Assembly (NCBI GenBank): GCA_964500725.1
Contig: CAZCNP010000002.1
Span: forward strand, 69,347 to 133,346
DNA: 64,000 nt
Direction of reading: 5' to 3'
Source: an uncultured Gammaproteobacteria bacterium
GTDB taxonomy: Bacteria > Patescibacteriota > Microgenomatia > Daviesbacterales > UBA10151
Of this stretch, positions 38,028 to 47,554 are shown piece after piece. Position numbers and translations under genes: made by a program. The notes below the pieces were generated by a model that saw only the letters and a program-made list of their open reading frames with translations, was not told the origin of the DNA and did no database searches. Within the stretch, counting starts at the first letter, position 1, and every line of letters starts with the position of its first letter.

Positions 38028-39698
38028 ATGACAACACTTAATCCAATGGATAGAAAATCTTTACTCTCTCTTGCAATTATCATCCTTCTATCATTCATGT
38101 TAAGGTTTTATCAAGTTACCAATAACCCTCCTGCTTTAAATTGGGATGAGGTGTCTATTGGCTATAATGCCTTCTCGATCCTAAAAACAGGTAAAGACGA
38201 ATGGAATAAACCGTTTCCGATACATTTTAAAGCCTATGGTGAATATAAGCTGCCTATGCAAATTTATGCCAGTATCCCAGGGATATACGTTTTTGGTCTT
38301 AATGAATTAGGGGTAAGAGTTACTCCGGTTATTTATGGAACGCTAACAGTATTGGTTATGTTCTTTTTAGGAAGAGCGCTTTTTGTAAGCCAATTGGCTG
38401 GTTTGGCTGCCGCATTTTTATTGGGGGTTTCTCCGTGGCATATTCAGCTTACTAGAGGTTCTTTTGAGGCCTCTTTTGCAACTTTTTGGGTAGTTTTGGG
38501 AGTTTGGTTTTTAGTTAAAGGTTTTAGAGATCAAAAGTGGTTGGTTTTTTCAATGATTCCTTTTGCCTTATCTGTTTTTACCTATAATTCAGCAAGAATT
38601 TTTTCACCGTTATTTTTATTTACAATTTTAATTATATATAGAAAAACACTATCTAAATTTAAAAAAGCTATTTCTGCTGCAATTTTGCTTTTTACAATTC
38701 TACTTATTCCACTTGTACCTTTTTTATTTAGTGGAGATAGAAGCGCAAGGTATAAATTAGTCAGCATTACAGATGACCCAGGGTTGATTCCGCGCATCAA
38801 TGAAAACAGAGGGCTCTCAAAATTGTCTTCACCACTTCCTAAATTAATTCATAACAAAGTAACATACGTAACATTTTATTTTACTAGAAATTATTTGGCT
38901 CACTTTAGTCCACAGTTTCTTTTTATCTCAGGGGCGCCTCATAAACAACATCATGTTCAGAATATGGGACAACTTTATTTGTTTCAAGCACCGTTTCTTT
39001 TGCTAGGTTTGTATGCTCTTATTGCCTTTAAAAATAAGTATAAAGGATTACTGTTTACTTGGGTGTTGTTAGCATTTGTACCTGTATCTGTAACCAATGA
39101 TAGTATCCCGCACGCTTTAAGGACATTAATAGCAGCTCCTTTTTATCAATTAGTTTCTGGGTATGGCTTTTTAGTATCTTTAAATTGGTTAAAGAAATAC
39201 TCAAAAAATATTAAAATATCTTTTGGTGCAATAGTGCTCACTATTATAGTGATTAGTTTAGGTTATTATCTAAATCAATATTACAAAATTTATCCAAATA
39301 AATACTCTAGAGATTGGCAATATGGGTATAAGCAAGTAGTAGATTATATAAATGAGCATAAGGATGAATACGATATGATAGTTTTTTCCCGACATTATGG
39401 TGAGCCTCATATGTTTACCTTATTTTTCTTAAACTATGATCCTGCGAAGTATCAAGCTGATCCAAACTTAAATAGAGTAGAAACAAATAATTGGGTATGG
39501 GTGCTACAGTTTAATAAGTTTTATTTTCCAGACTTGGGTGATAAAGGAACGAAGCAAAGAGATATACTGGAGCAATATAAAGGTAAACGCATATTATTTA
39601 TAGGAAAAAATGGGGATTTCCCATATGGCGGCAGAAAACTAAAAGAGATTTACTTTCTTGATGGTAGTTCAGCCTTTCTAATAGTTGATAACAAATGA
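38028..39698 (+). CDS. ArnT/PMT-family GT-C membrane glycosyltransferase (WDE-motif close paralog A).
   Basis: LNWDEVSIGYNAFSILKTGKDEWNKPFPIHFKAYGEYKLP, VSPWHIQLTRGSFEAS, IPHALRTL. C-terminal soluble domain with RDWQYGYKQVVDY. Confidence 0.75.
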   Translation: MTTLNPMDRKSLLSLAIIILLSFMLRFYQVTNNPPALNWDEVSIGYNAFSILKTGKDEWNKPFPIHFKAYGEYKLPMQIYASIPGIYVFGLNELGVRVTPVIYGTLTVLVMFFLGRALFVSQLAGLAAAFLLGVSPWHIQLTRGSFEASFATFWVVLGVWFLVKGFRDQKWLVFSMIPFALSVFTYNSARIFSPLFLFTILIIYRKTLSKFKKAISAAILLFTILLIPLVPFLFSGDRSARYKLVSITDDPGLIPRINENRGLSKLSSPLPKLIHNKVTYVTFYFTRNYLAHFSPQFLFISGAPHKQHHVQNMGQLYLFQAPFLLLGLYALIAFKNKYKGLLFTWVLLAFVPVSVTNDSIPHALRTLIAAPFYQLVSGYGFLVSLNWLKKYSKNIKISFGAIVLTIIVISLGYYLNQYYKIYPNKYSRDWQYGYKQVVDYINEHKDEYDMIVFSRHYGEPHMFTLFFLNYDPAKYQADPNLNRVETNNWVWVLQFNKFYFPDLGDKGTKQRDILEQYKGKRILFIGKNGDFPYGGRKLKEIYFLDGSSAFLIVDNK

Positions 39699-41251
39699 GC
39701 TCTAGACAAAGTTTGTTTATTTTGCTGCTAATATTGCTTCTTTTTGTTTTTACCCGTTTATATAAAATTACAGAAATTCCCCCATCAGTTTATTGGGATG
39801 AGGCTTCTATTGGCTATAATGCTTATTCTATTTTAAAGACAGGACAAGATGAGTGGGGAAGGAATTTTCCTTTAGGTTTTGAAGCATTTGGAGAGTATAA
39901 GCTTCCCGTTTATATATACACCACAGCATTTTTTATAAAGCTTTTTGGTTTAAATGAATTTGCTGTAAGAATTTCTGCAGTCCTATTTTCTTTAGGAGTA
40001 GTGATAGTAAGTTTTCTACTTGCAAAAAGGATAACTAAAGATAGCAAAGTAGGGATGCTGACAGCTTTTTTTGTAACAATTTCCCAATGGTTTTTTATCA
40101 TTAGCAGAACAGGATTTGAAGCGACTACAGGATTATTCTTCTTTATATCTGGAATTTATTTTTTCATCTCAGCTATGGAAGAGCAAAAAAGGCTTTTAAT
40201 ACTATCTGTTATTAGCTTTATTTTAACCCTATATAGCTATAACAGTTTTTTGATAATTACTCCGGTGACCTTACTGATTTTAATAGTTGTATACTTTAAG
40301 CAGTTTAGCTTTTATATTCAAAAGAACGTAATATTCTCATTTATTTGCTTTATTATCCTAATTATAGGTGGGGTTGGAGTTGTGCATTCTATTACTTCAG
40401 GTAGGATTGCAAGACTTGATGAAGTGGGAATTTCTGGTGCTTATAATCATCGAAAATATCAGACGCTTGTTACAGTTGCTGCCAATTACCTCGCTCATTT
40501 TAATCCTAAGTTCCTCTTTTTGACAGGAGATGGAAATGGAAGAAGCCAACAGCCTAAGTTTGGTCAGGTAAGTTTAGCTCATTTACCTCTTTTATTTCTC
40601 GGAATTATCTATAGCCTTCAGCAAAAAAGAAAAGAATACAAGCTTATCTTATTATTACTTTTGATAGCACCAATTCCGGCAAGTATAACTAGAGAATCCC
40701 CTCATGCCCTGCGTTCTATATCAGCAGTGCCTTTTATCGCCTTCATTTCATCCTTGGGTGTATTAAAGTTAACATCATTTATTAATAAGAATTTTTATAC
40801 AAAAATTATTATTGGGGTAACGCTGATAGCTTTTTTAGGTTACTACCAGGCCTTTATTTCCAATTATGCTAAAGAAACAGCAAATGACTGGCAATATGGT
40901 TATAAGGCATTTTATAGCAAATATAAATCAAAATTTCCCCAATTTGATAATATATTAATATCAGACAGGTTTAATCAACCGTATATATTTACTCTCTTTT
41001 ATCTACAATATGATCCTGTTAAGTTTAGATCTGAAGTTGTTTATAATACTTCTAACCGCCGTAAAACCTCACTGGTTAAATCATTTGATAAATTTATTTT
41101 TAGGGATATTGATTACTACCAGATACCTTCTGGAAAAAATTTAATTTTTACTCATATTACTGATAAGATGGATGAAATTAAATGGAAAGAAACAATTTTA
41201 AATCCTGATGGGAGCATAGGAGGGTATGTGTATGAATATGAAAAGCGGTAG
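39695..41251 (+). CDS. ArnT/PMT-family GT-C membrane glycosyltransferase (WDE-motif close paralog B).
   Basis: VYWDEASIGYNAYSILKTGQDEWGRNFPLGFEAFGEYKLP, SPHALRSIS, NDWQYGYKAFYSKY. ATGA overlap with the upstream paralog. Confidence 0.75.
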   Translation: MSSRQSLFILLLILLLFVFTRLYKITEIPPSVYWDEASIGYNAYSILKTGQDEWGRNFPLGFEAFGEYKLPVYIYTTAFFIKLFGLNEFAVRISAVLFSLGVVIVSFLLAKRITKDSKVGMLTAFFVTISQWFFIISRTGFEATTGLFFFISGIYFFISAMEEQKRLLILSVISFILTLYSYNSFLIITPVTLLILIVVYFKQFSFYIQKNVIFSFICFIILIIGGVGVVHSITSGRIARLDEVGISGAYNHRKYQTLVTVAANYLAHFNPKFLFLTGDGNGRSQQPKFGQVSLAHLPLLFLGIIYSLQQKRKEYKLILLLLLIAPIPASITRESPHALRSISAVPFIAFISSLGVLKLTSFINKNFYTKIIIGVTLIAFLGYYQAFISNYAKETANDWQYGYKAFYSKYKSKFPQFDNILISDRFNQPYIFTLFYLQYDPVKFRSEVVYNTSNRRKTSLVKSFDKFIFRDIDYYQIPSGKNLIFTHITDKMDEIKWKETILNPDGSIGGYVYEYEKR

Positions 41252-41260
41252 AGGTTTATA

Positions 41261-42880
41261 CTAAAAGTTAGGGAGGCTTGGAATGGGTAGATTTCCCCAA
41301 TGTGATACTAAGTAAGGTATAAATAAGTGGTTAAAAGTAATAATTTTTTGAATAATTATTATCCAAAAGGCAAGCCATATAATTTTAGTTAAATAGTGTT
41401 TATGAAATACTAGCCTTAAGATAAGTAGAGTGCAGAATATAAGAAAAGAATATCTATAATGGGTGATGCTGGGTTGCAGATTTAATGCGACTCTGCCCCA
41501 ATAATAGCTACTAGAAAAAGGAATAAAGAAGAATGCCAGAGCCGTAGCTATGTTAGGATCTTTATATATTTGCCAAATTACTATTGCGCTGCAACATGCA
41601 AAAAAAGGAATCATTGATATGAAATACCATGGATAATTAGGACTTCCTAAGAAAAGCACCAATAGAAAGTGGAATAACAACGGGATTGTTAAAAATTGTA
41701 AGTTTTCTTGTTTTTTGAGGGATACTATTAAAAAGCTAAGGAGTCCCCAAACCCACCAACCATCCGTGGGGAAATCTTTAAATTTCAGAGCCTCTAACAT
41801 CGAAACTAGTTTTAAGGCGCCAAAGTAACTCCTTTCGGTGTTAGCCCTCAGGATATCTAAGAATAAATCCATTTGTAACCAAAAACCCCAAAGAAAATAA
41901 GAGACAATTGGGATCAGCATGGCAAGAAAGAAAGTTATTAAGTACCTTTTAGGAATTTTATTTATAAATAGTAAAATTGTAGATCCAACCAGGAATCCTA
42001 ATGTAGGCTCTTTTACTAATAGTCCTAATCCACCAATGAACCCTGATAAAGTTAAAGCAATAAAAGTTATTTTTGAGGAAAGATCTTTTTTATATGCCTG
42101 TATAGCTCCAAATAAAATTATTAAATGGAGTAAGATAAATGGTGGTACTGCATTTTCCAGAAAAGCAGTCCTAGTTGCTAATAAATAAGTAGGTACGGTT
42201 GAATAAATGATTAAAGAGAGCGATGCGATCCAAGGGTTTTGTGTAATTAAATAAGTAAATAAGAATAATAAAATTGCTGTTATTACGGCTAAAACTAAAG
42301 TGGGCTTTCTAAACTCAGCTGGTTTTACCTGGTTAAACTCCTTGATGTTACTTCCTTCTCCCAGGCTATAAATTAATCCTCCGAGTGGAGGGTGGTCAAA
42401 AAAGGGTGCAACAAAAAACATATGCTCTAAGCCCTTGTTGTAATTTATTTGCTCTATGGCTATGAACGGATTTTTATTTTTATGGAATTCTTCTAAAGTA
42501 ATAATTTTGCCTTCGGATACAAGCTTAAACCCTATTAAATTAGCTCCCTTGGATTGATATTGAGGTTTATCATAGATATGCCTAAAGGTAACCCAACCGA
42601 TTGGTAAGCCGGTTGATCTTAAACTTAAACCTTGCCAAACATAATTATATTCATCAGTAATCGTCGGCGAAGGAACGGTTTCATATCCAAACCATCTATA
42701 AAATAAGCTTTGGTATAAAATTATAGCTGACACAATTAAAGCGACCAAGAGGCTAACTATTTTTAAATAAGGTAATGTTGACTTCTGGAAGGGTAATAAA
42801 GATTTAATTTTTTTGTACAAAAATAATAATCGATTATTTGCTAAACTAAGCCCGATTTGGTGTATTTTCTTAAATGGCAT
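41261..42880 (-). CDS. Polytopic membrane protein, putative GT-C glycosyltransferase (DE-motif).
   Basis: First external loop TITDEYNYVWQGLSLRSTG. 539 aa with at least 10 TM helices. Convergent with the upstream gene, 9 bp apart. Confidence 0.55.
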   Translation of the reverse strand: MPFKKIHQIGLSLANNRLLFLYKKIKSLLPFQKSTLPYLKIVSLLVALIVSAIILYQSLFYRWFGYETVPSPTITDEYNYVWQGLSLRSTGLPIGWVTFRHIYDKPQYQSKGANLIGFKLVSEGKIITLEEFHKNKNPFIAIEQINYNKGLEHMFFVAPFFDHPPLGGLIYSLGEGSNIKEFNQVKPAEFRKPTLVLAVITAILLFLFTYLITQNPWIASLSLIIYSTVPTYLLATRTAFLENAVPPFILLHLIILFGAIQAYKKDLSSKITFIALTLSGFIGGLGLLVKEPTLGFLVGSTILLFINKIPKRYLITFFLAMLIPIVSYFLWGFWLQMDLFLDILRANTERSYFGALKLVSMLEALKFKDFPTDGWWVWGLLSFLIVSLKKQENLQFLTIPLLFHFLLVLFLGSPNYPWYFISMIPFFACCSAIVIWQIYKDPNIATALAFFFIPFSSSYYWGRVALNLQPSITHYRYSFLIFCTLLILRLVFHKHYLTKIIWLAFWIIIIQKIITFNHLFIPYLVSHWGNLPIPSLPNF

Positions 42881-42951
42881 ATCTATAATAATGTAGCCAA
42901 AATATGGAGAGTTAGCAAGTACAAATGATAAATGATATGCTTATTTAATAA
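42881..42951. promoter_or_regulatory. Putative divergent promoter region (71 bp).
   Basis: AT-rich with a TATAAT hexamer (ctataataatg). Flanked by divergent GT-C genes. Confidence 0.25.
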
Positions 42952-44550
42952 GTGAATAACTGGTTGTACAAATCAATATTAATACTTATATTAATTATAT
43001 CGTTTGCTTTGAGGGTATATAAATTGGATTCAGTTCCTCCTGCTTTATCGTGGGATGAAGCAGCAAATGGTTATAACGCCTATACTATTGCAAACTGGGG
43101 GAGAGATGAATATGGAAAATTTTTGCCTGCATATTTTAGATCGTTTGCAGATGATAAGCATCCGGTGCATATTTATGCAACAGCAGTTAGTGTTAAGTTA
43201 TTAGGCCTATCAGAATTTAGTACTAGGTTACCTGCTGCTGTTTTTGGGACTCTTAGTATACTATTAATTTTCTTTCTGGCTAGAATGTTATTTAATAATA
43301 ATTTAGTCGGTCTAATTGCCTCTTTTTTCCTTGCTGTATCTCCTTATCATTTTCACTTTTCAAGAACTAATCACGAAGCTGTGCCAACCTTATTTTTCTT
43401 TTTGCTGGGATTAGTGTTATTTTTTAAGTCTTTAAAAAAAGGGGGATTCTATTTGCCAGGATCAGTTTTAAGTTTTGTAATTGCCTTTCTTGGTTATCAT
43501 ACATCAAAGGTAGTTTTGCCAATGATATTAGTGCTATTGTTTTTTCTTTGGAGAAAAACTCTTCTAAAAAATCAACAAGGTTTGCTAATTTCTTTTATAA
43601 TTATTGTATTACTTGCTTTGCATTTGTTTCTTAATCCACAACTTTTAGGTCTTGCCAGAATTAATCAGACCTCATTAAACAAACAGACAATCGAGTCAAC
43701 TCAGCTTTTCAAATTAACAAATAATGAATTTTTAGGGAGAGTAAATATTACTTTGGAGCAGTACTCTTGGCATTTTTATCCGCAATATTTGTTTGTCTCT
43801 GGGGACAAGAATGCCCGTTTATCAGCTCAAGGTGCAGGAGAATTTTATTGGATTGATGCTATATTTTTTATCTTTGGTCTTGCTTATTTGCTGTATAAGA
43901 GGTCAAAGGAAGGGGTGCTCCTCATATCATGGGCTTTAATTGCTCCTCTTCCATCAAGCTTAGTAGGAGAAGCGCCGCATGCTGCAAGGGCAATGTTTAT
44001 GATGGGAAGCTTTCATCTAATTTCTGCTTTGGGGTTGTATTTTATCATTAAATTACTTAAGAGCAAGATATTTCAAGTATCGTTTTTGGTACTTACAGTT
44101 GCGACTTTAATAATTTTATTTCAAGGATTTTTAAAATATTATTTTGGTGAATATGCCAGCAGGTACGCAATAGAATGGCAATATGGTATGAAACAGATTG
44201 TTGAGTATGTTAAAGATCATAAAGAATATGATCAAGTTTTCATGACTGATGCCAGATCTCAGCCTTACATATTTTTTCTATATTACTTAAAGCCAGATTG
44301 GGGGAATTATTTAAGTTCTGTTATATATAACAATGCAGAGAGTAACAGAAGCTATAATACTGTTTCTGCCTATGATAGGTATTATTTTGGAGGTTGGGAT
44401 CCTCTGGCAAGCTTTCCTAGTCCAGGCGTACTTTATATATTGACGCCTAGCCAATACGACGGATTAATGCATAAATCCACTTTTGATGTAAAAAAGGTTA
44501 TATACTATCCTAATGGAGTGACTGCATATTTCTTAGTCAGTGTTAAATAA
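42952..44550 (+). CDS. ArnT/PMT-family GT-C membrane glycosyltransferase (WDE-motif close paralog C).
   Basis: GTG start. LSWDEAANGYNAYTIANWGRDEYGKFLPAYFRSFADDKHPVHIY, VSPYHFHFSRTNHEAV, APHAARAM, IEWQYGMKQIVEYV. Confidence 0.72.
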   Translation: MNNWLYKSILILILIISFALRVYKLDSVPPALSWDEAANGYNAYTIANWGRDEYGKFLPAYFRSFADDKHPVHIYATAVSVKLLGLSEFSTRLPAAVFGTLSILLIFFLARMLFNNNLVGLIASFFLAVSPYHFHFSRTNHEAVPTLFFFLLGLVLFFKSLKKGGFYLPGSVLSFVIAFLGYHTSKVVLPMILVLLFFLWRKTLLKNQQGLLISFIIIVLLALHLFLNPQLLGLARINQTSLNKQTIESTQLFKLTNNEFLGRVNITLEQYSWHFYPQYLFVSGDKNARLSAQGAGEFYWIDAIFFIFGLAYLLYKRSKEGVLLISWALIAPLPSSLVGEAPHAARAMFMMGSFHLISALGLYFIIKLLKSKIFQVSFLVLTVATLIILFQGFLKYYFGEYASRYAIEWQYGMKQIVEYVKDHKEYDQVFMTDARSQPYIFFLYYLKPDWGNYLSSVIYNNAESNRSYNTVSAYDRYYFGGWDPLASFPSPGVLYILTPSQYDGLMHKSTFDVKKVIYYPNGVTAYFLVSVK

Positions 44551-45328
44551 TATGAGTGATCAAAAAATATCTATTGTTTTAGCTACTTTTAATGAAGAGC
44601 AAAATTTAAGAAATTGTTTAGAATCGGTTAAAGATATAGCCTGGGAAATTGTAATTGTTGACGGAGGGTCTAGAGACAAAACTATAGAAGTAGCAAAAGA
44701 ATTTGGAGCTAAGATTATTCAAACTAATAATCCACCTGTTTTTCATATCAATAAAAATAAGGCAATTGATGCAAGCCATGGAGATTGGATTTTACAACTA
44801 GATGCTGACGAGCTACTAACTCATGAGCTGGTTGCCGAGATCAAGAAGGTGGTAAACTCTAATTCTGATATTAATGGTTATTGGTTTCCAAGAAGAAATT
44901 TTTTCCTTGGGAGGTATTTGACAAAAGGGGGCCAATATCCGGATTATACTTTAAGGTTGTATCGGAAAGGTAAAGGAAGACTTCCTGCAAAAGATGTTCA
45001 TGAGCAGGCAGAAGTTTTAGGGAGGGTAGGTTATTTAAAAAATGACCTTTTGCATCTAAGAGACAAAAAGTTTTCAGATTATATAAAAAGATTTAACAGG
45101 TATACAGATTTATTGGCATCTCAGCTGCAAGATAAAGGGATAAAGATAAGTATATTTTCATTTATCAGTTATATATTTATAAAATCAATTTACTGGTTTT
45201 TTAAAGTTTATATAAGGCATAAAGGGTTTGTAGATGGATTCCCAGGATTTGTTTTTGCCTTTTTTTCATCGCTTCGTTTCCCAGTTGCTTATTTTAAATT
45301 ATGGAGGTTGTATGCAGGTAGGAATTAA
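44540..45328 (+). CDS. GT2 glycosyltransferase, third paralog of the genes at 29598 and 30498.
   Basis: ISIVLATFNEEQNL, EIVIVDGGSRDKT, LDADE. The C-terminal hydrophobic helix is conserved with the other two. Confidence 0.8.
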   Translation: MLNNMSDQKISIVLATFNEEQNLRNCLESVKDIAWEIVIVDGGSRDKTIEVAKEFGAKIIQTNNPPVFHINKNKAIDASHGDWILQLDADELLTHELVAEIKKVVNSNSDINGYWFPRRNFFLGRYLTKGGQYPDYTLRLYRKGKGRLPAKDVHEQAEVLGRVGYLKNDLLHLRDKKFSDYIKRFNRYTDLLASQLQDKGIKISIFSFISYIFIKSIYWFFKVYIRHKGFVDGFPGFVFAFFSSLRFPVAYFKLWRLYAGRN

Positions 45329-46382
45329 CATTACACCTTTACATTCAGGACATAAGGTAAGAGGTATAGGGTACTATACTAAGAATCTTCTAAACTCCTT
45401 AAAAAAAGAAGAAGATATTCAAGTAGTTGAACTTACTAAAATATTAGAAACAAAAAATATTGAAGTTGTTCATTATCCTTGGTTTGATTTATACTATCAT
45501 ACCCTCCCTATTGTAAAATCTATCCCCACTGTTGTAACAATACATGATGTAATCCCCCTTATTTTCCCAAAACAATACCCAGTTGGTATTAAAGGCAGGC
45601 TAAGCTTTTTTCTGCAAAGACTTGCTCTAAACAGTTGTAAATTTATCATTACTGATTCTTTATCTTCGAAGAAAGATATTATTAAATATCTTAAAATTAA
45701 TGAAGAAAAAATTATAGCTATTCCATTGGCAGCAGATCCACAATTTAAAGTACTGGAAGATCCTCAGTTGCTTAAAGTCCAGAGAAAATATAATTTACCT
45801 AAAACTTTTTTAATGTATGTAGGTGATGCTAATTGGAGCAAAAATCTCCCTTTTTTGATTGAGGGATATAGAAAACTGATTCAAGATCCTCAATTTAATC
45901 AAGTTAAATTAGTATTAGTAGGGGGAGTGTTTTTAAAGAATGTGGAAAATATTGATCATCCAGAATTGGAAAGCTTAAAAAAGGTTAATAGAATGATTAA
46001 AGAATTACATTTAGAAAATCAGATAATTAGGCCTGGAAATATTGAGAGTAGTGAGTTAGTAGCTTTTTACAATCTTGCTACCCTATATATACAACCTTCA
46101 TTGTATGAAGGATTTGGGCTACCGGTTTTGCAGGCTTTTGCTTGTGGCACTCCGGTAATTTCTTCTAACGCAGGAAGTTTACCAGAAATAGGTGGTAAAG
46201 CCACAATTTACTTTGATCCAACTAATATAGATCAGTTTATTTCGCTTCTGAAGGGGGTAATACAAGATAAATCATTAAGATACAAACTTTCAAGGTTAGG
46301 ACTTGAAAGAGCTGCTAAATTTTCTTGGGAGAAGGTAATGCAGCAGACAAAAGAGGTATACAAAAAGGCAATAGCAAGTTAA
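45312..46382 (+). CDS. GT4 (GT-B) glycosyltransferase.
   Basis: Start at MQVGINITPL, preceded by a GGAGG Shine-Dalgarno 4 nt upstream (the track's start at 45234 is probably too early). YEGFGLPVLQAFACGTPVISSNAGSLPEIGG motif. Confidence 0.8.
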   Translation: MQVGINITPLHSGHKVRGIGYYTKNLLNSLKKEEDIQVVELTKILETKNIEVVHYPWFDLYYHTLPIVKSIPTVVTIHDVIPLIFPKQYPVGIKGRLSFFLQRLALNSCKFIITDSLSSKKDIIKYLKINEEKIIAIPLAADPQFKVLEDPQLLKVQRKYNLPKTFLMYVGDANWSKNLPFLIEGYRKLIQDPQFNQVKLVLVGGVFLKNVENIDHPELESLKKVNRMIKELHLENQIIRPGNIESSELVAFYNLATLYIQPSLYEGFGLPVLQAFACGTPVISSNAGSLPEIGGKATIYFDPTNIDQFISLLKGVIQDKSLRYKLSRLGLERAAKFSWEKVMQQTKEVYKKAIAS

Positions 46383-47554
46383 TGTTTAGCAAAATACTAG
46401 GGATATTTTTTTTATGGAGAATAAGTTTGTTTACAGTAGCATTATTGGCAACTATTGCTTTACCAGTATTTGGTAATCGTTTTCCTTATTTCAATCAGGT
46501 GCTTGCTGTAACCGGATTTCCTTCATTTATATGGGGATTTGGCAACTTTGATGGGGTTCATTATTTAAGAATTGCCCAAAATGGTTATGATGCGCAGTAT
46601 TCCCAAGCTTTTTTTCCACTATACCCGTTACTTATACGTTTCGTTAACATGTTACCTAAAAATCCGACATTAGATACCAGAATCTTTGTGGACCCAAGCT
46701 ATTTTATTGTGGGACTTATCTTATCAAATATACTTTTTTTAATATCTTTATATTATTTTTATAAATTAATAAGAATAGATTTTGATCATAAAATCGCTTT
46801 AGGAGCAGTAGTTTTACTAGTTTCTTTTCCTACCTCTTTTTATTTTGGCTCCGTATACACAGAATCACTATTTTTATTATTAGTACTGGCTACACTTTAT
46901 TTTACTAGGAAAGGAAATTTTCTAGCAGCAGGCATTTTTAGCTTATTTGCATCTGTAACAAGGATTTTTGGATTACTACTAATTCCAGTCTTACTAGTTG
47001 AGCTATATTTAAAGATAAAAAGCGGAGAGATTAAATTAAATAGTTGGGAAACAACTAAAGGAATGATTGGAATTTTACTTGCTCCTTTTGGCACGTTGCT
47101 TTATATGTTGTATCTTAGATTGAATTTTGAAAATCCTTTGTATTTTTTGACCTCGCAACCTCTTTTTGGAGCAGAAAGGACACCAAATAGTTTAATTTTG
47201 CTGCCTCAGGTACTTTACAGGTATATAAAAATATTTACAACTGTTCCTCTAAATTCTCTATTATTTTTTAATGCCTTCCTAGAATTTATTTTTACAGTGA
47301 TACCTTTAGCAGTTTTAGTAATATTTTATAAAAAAATGAGGATAAGTTATTTTATATTTACTTTAGGATGTTTAATTTTACCAACCCTAACAGGAACATT
47401 GTCTTCGATGCCCAGATATTCTTTGATGGGTTTTTTAATTTTACCATTTGTTATGCAAAAAATTCATAAAAATTATAAATTATTAATAGGAATTTTTGTA
47501 TCAATTGGGATAATATTGGTAAGTTTTTTTACAAGAGGATATTGGGTAGCATGA
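46382..47554 (+). CDS. Polytopic membrane protein, PIG-V / GPI-mannosyltransferase-2-like GT-C glycosyltransferase.
   Basis: Start at MFSKILG (TAATG overlap). First external loop GFGNFDGVHYLRIAQNGYDAQYSQAFFPLYP resembles the PIG-V family signature. About 10 TM helices. Confidence 0.55.
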   Translation: MFSKILGIFFLWRISLFTVALLATIALPVFGNRFPYFNQVLAVTGFPSFIWGFGNFDGVHYLRIAQNGYDAQYSQAFFPLYPLLIRFVNMLPKNPTLDTRIFVDPSYFIVGLILSNILFLISLYYFYKLIRIDFDHKIALGAVVLLVSFPTSFYFGSVYTESLFLLLVLATLYFTRKGNFLAAGIFSLFASVTRIFGLLLIPVLLVELYLKIKSGEIKLNSWETTKGMIGILLAPFGTLLYMLYLRLNFENPLYFLTSQPLFGAERTPNSLILLPQVLYRYIKIFTTVPLNSLLFFNAFLEFIFTVIPLAVLVIFYKKMRISYFIFTLGCLILPTLTGTLSSMPRYSLMGFLILPFVMQKIHKNYKLLIGIFVSIGIILVSFFTRGYWVA

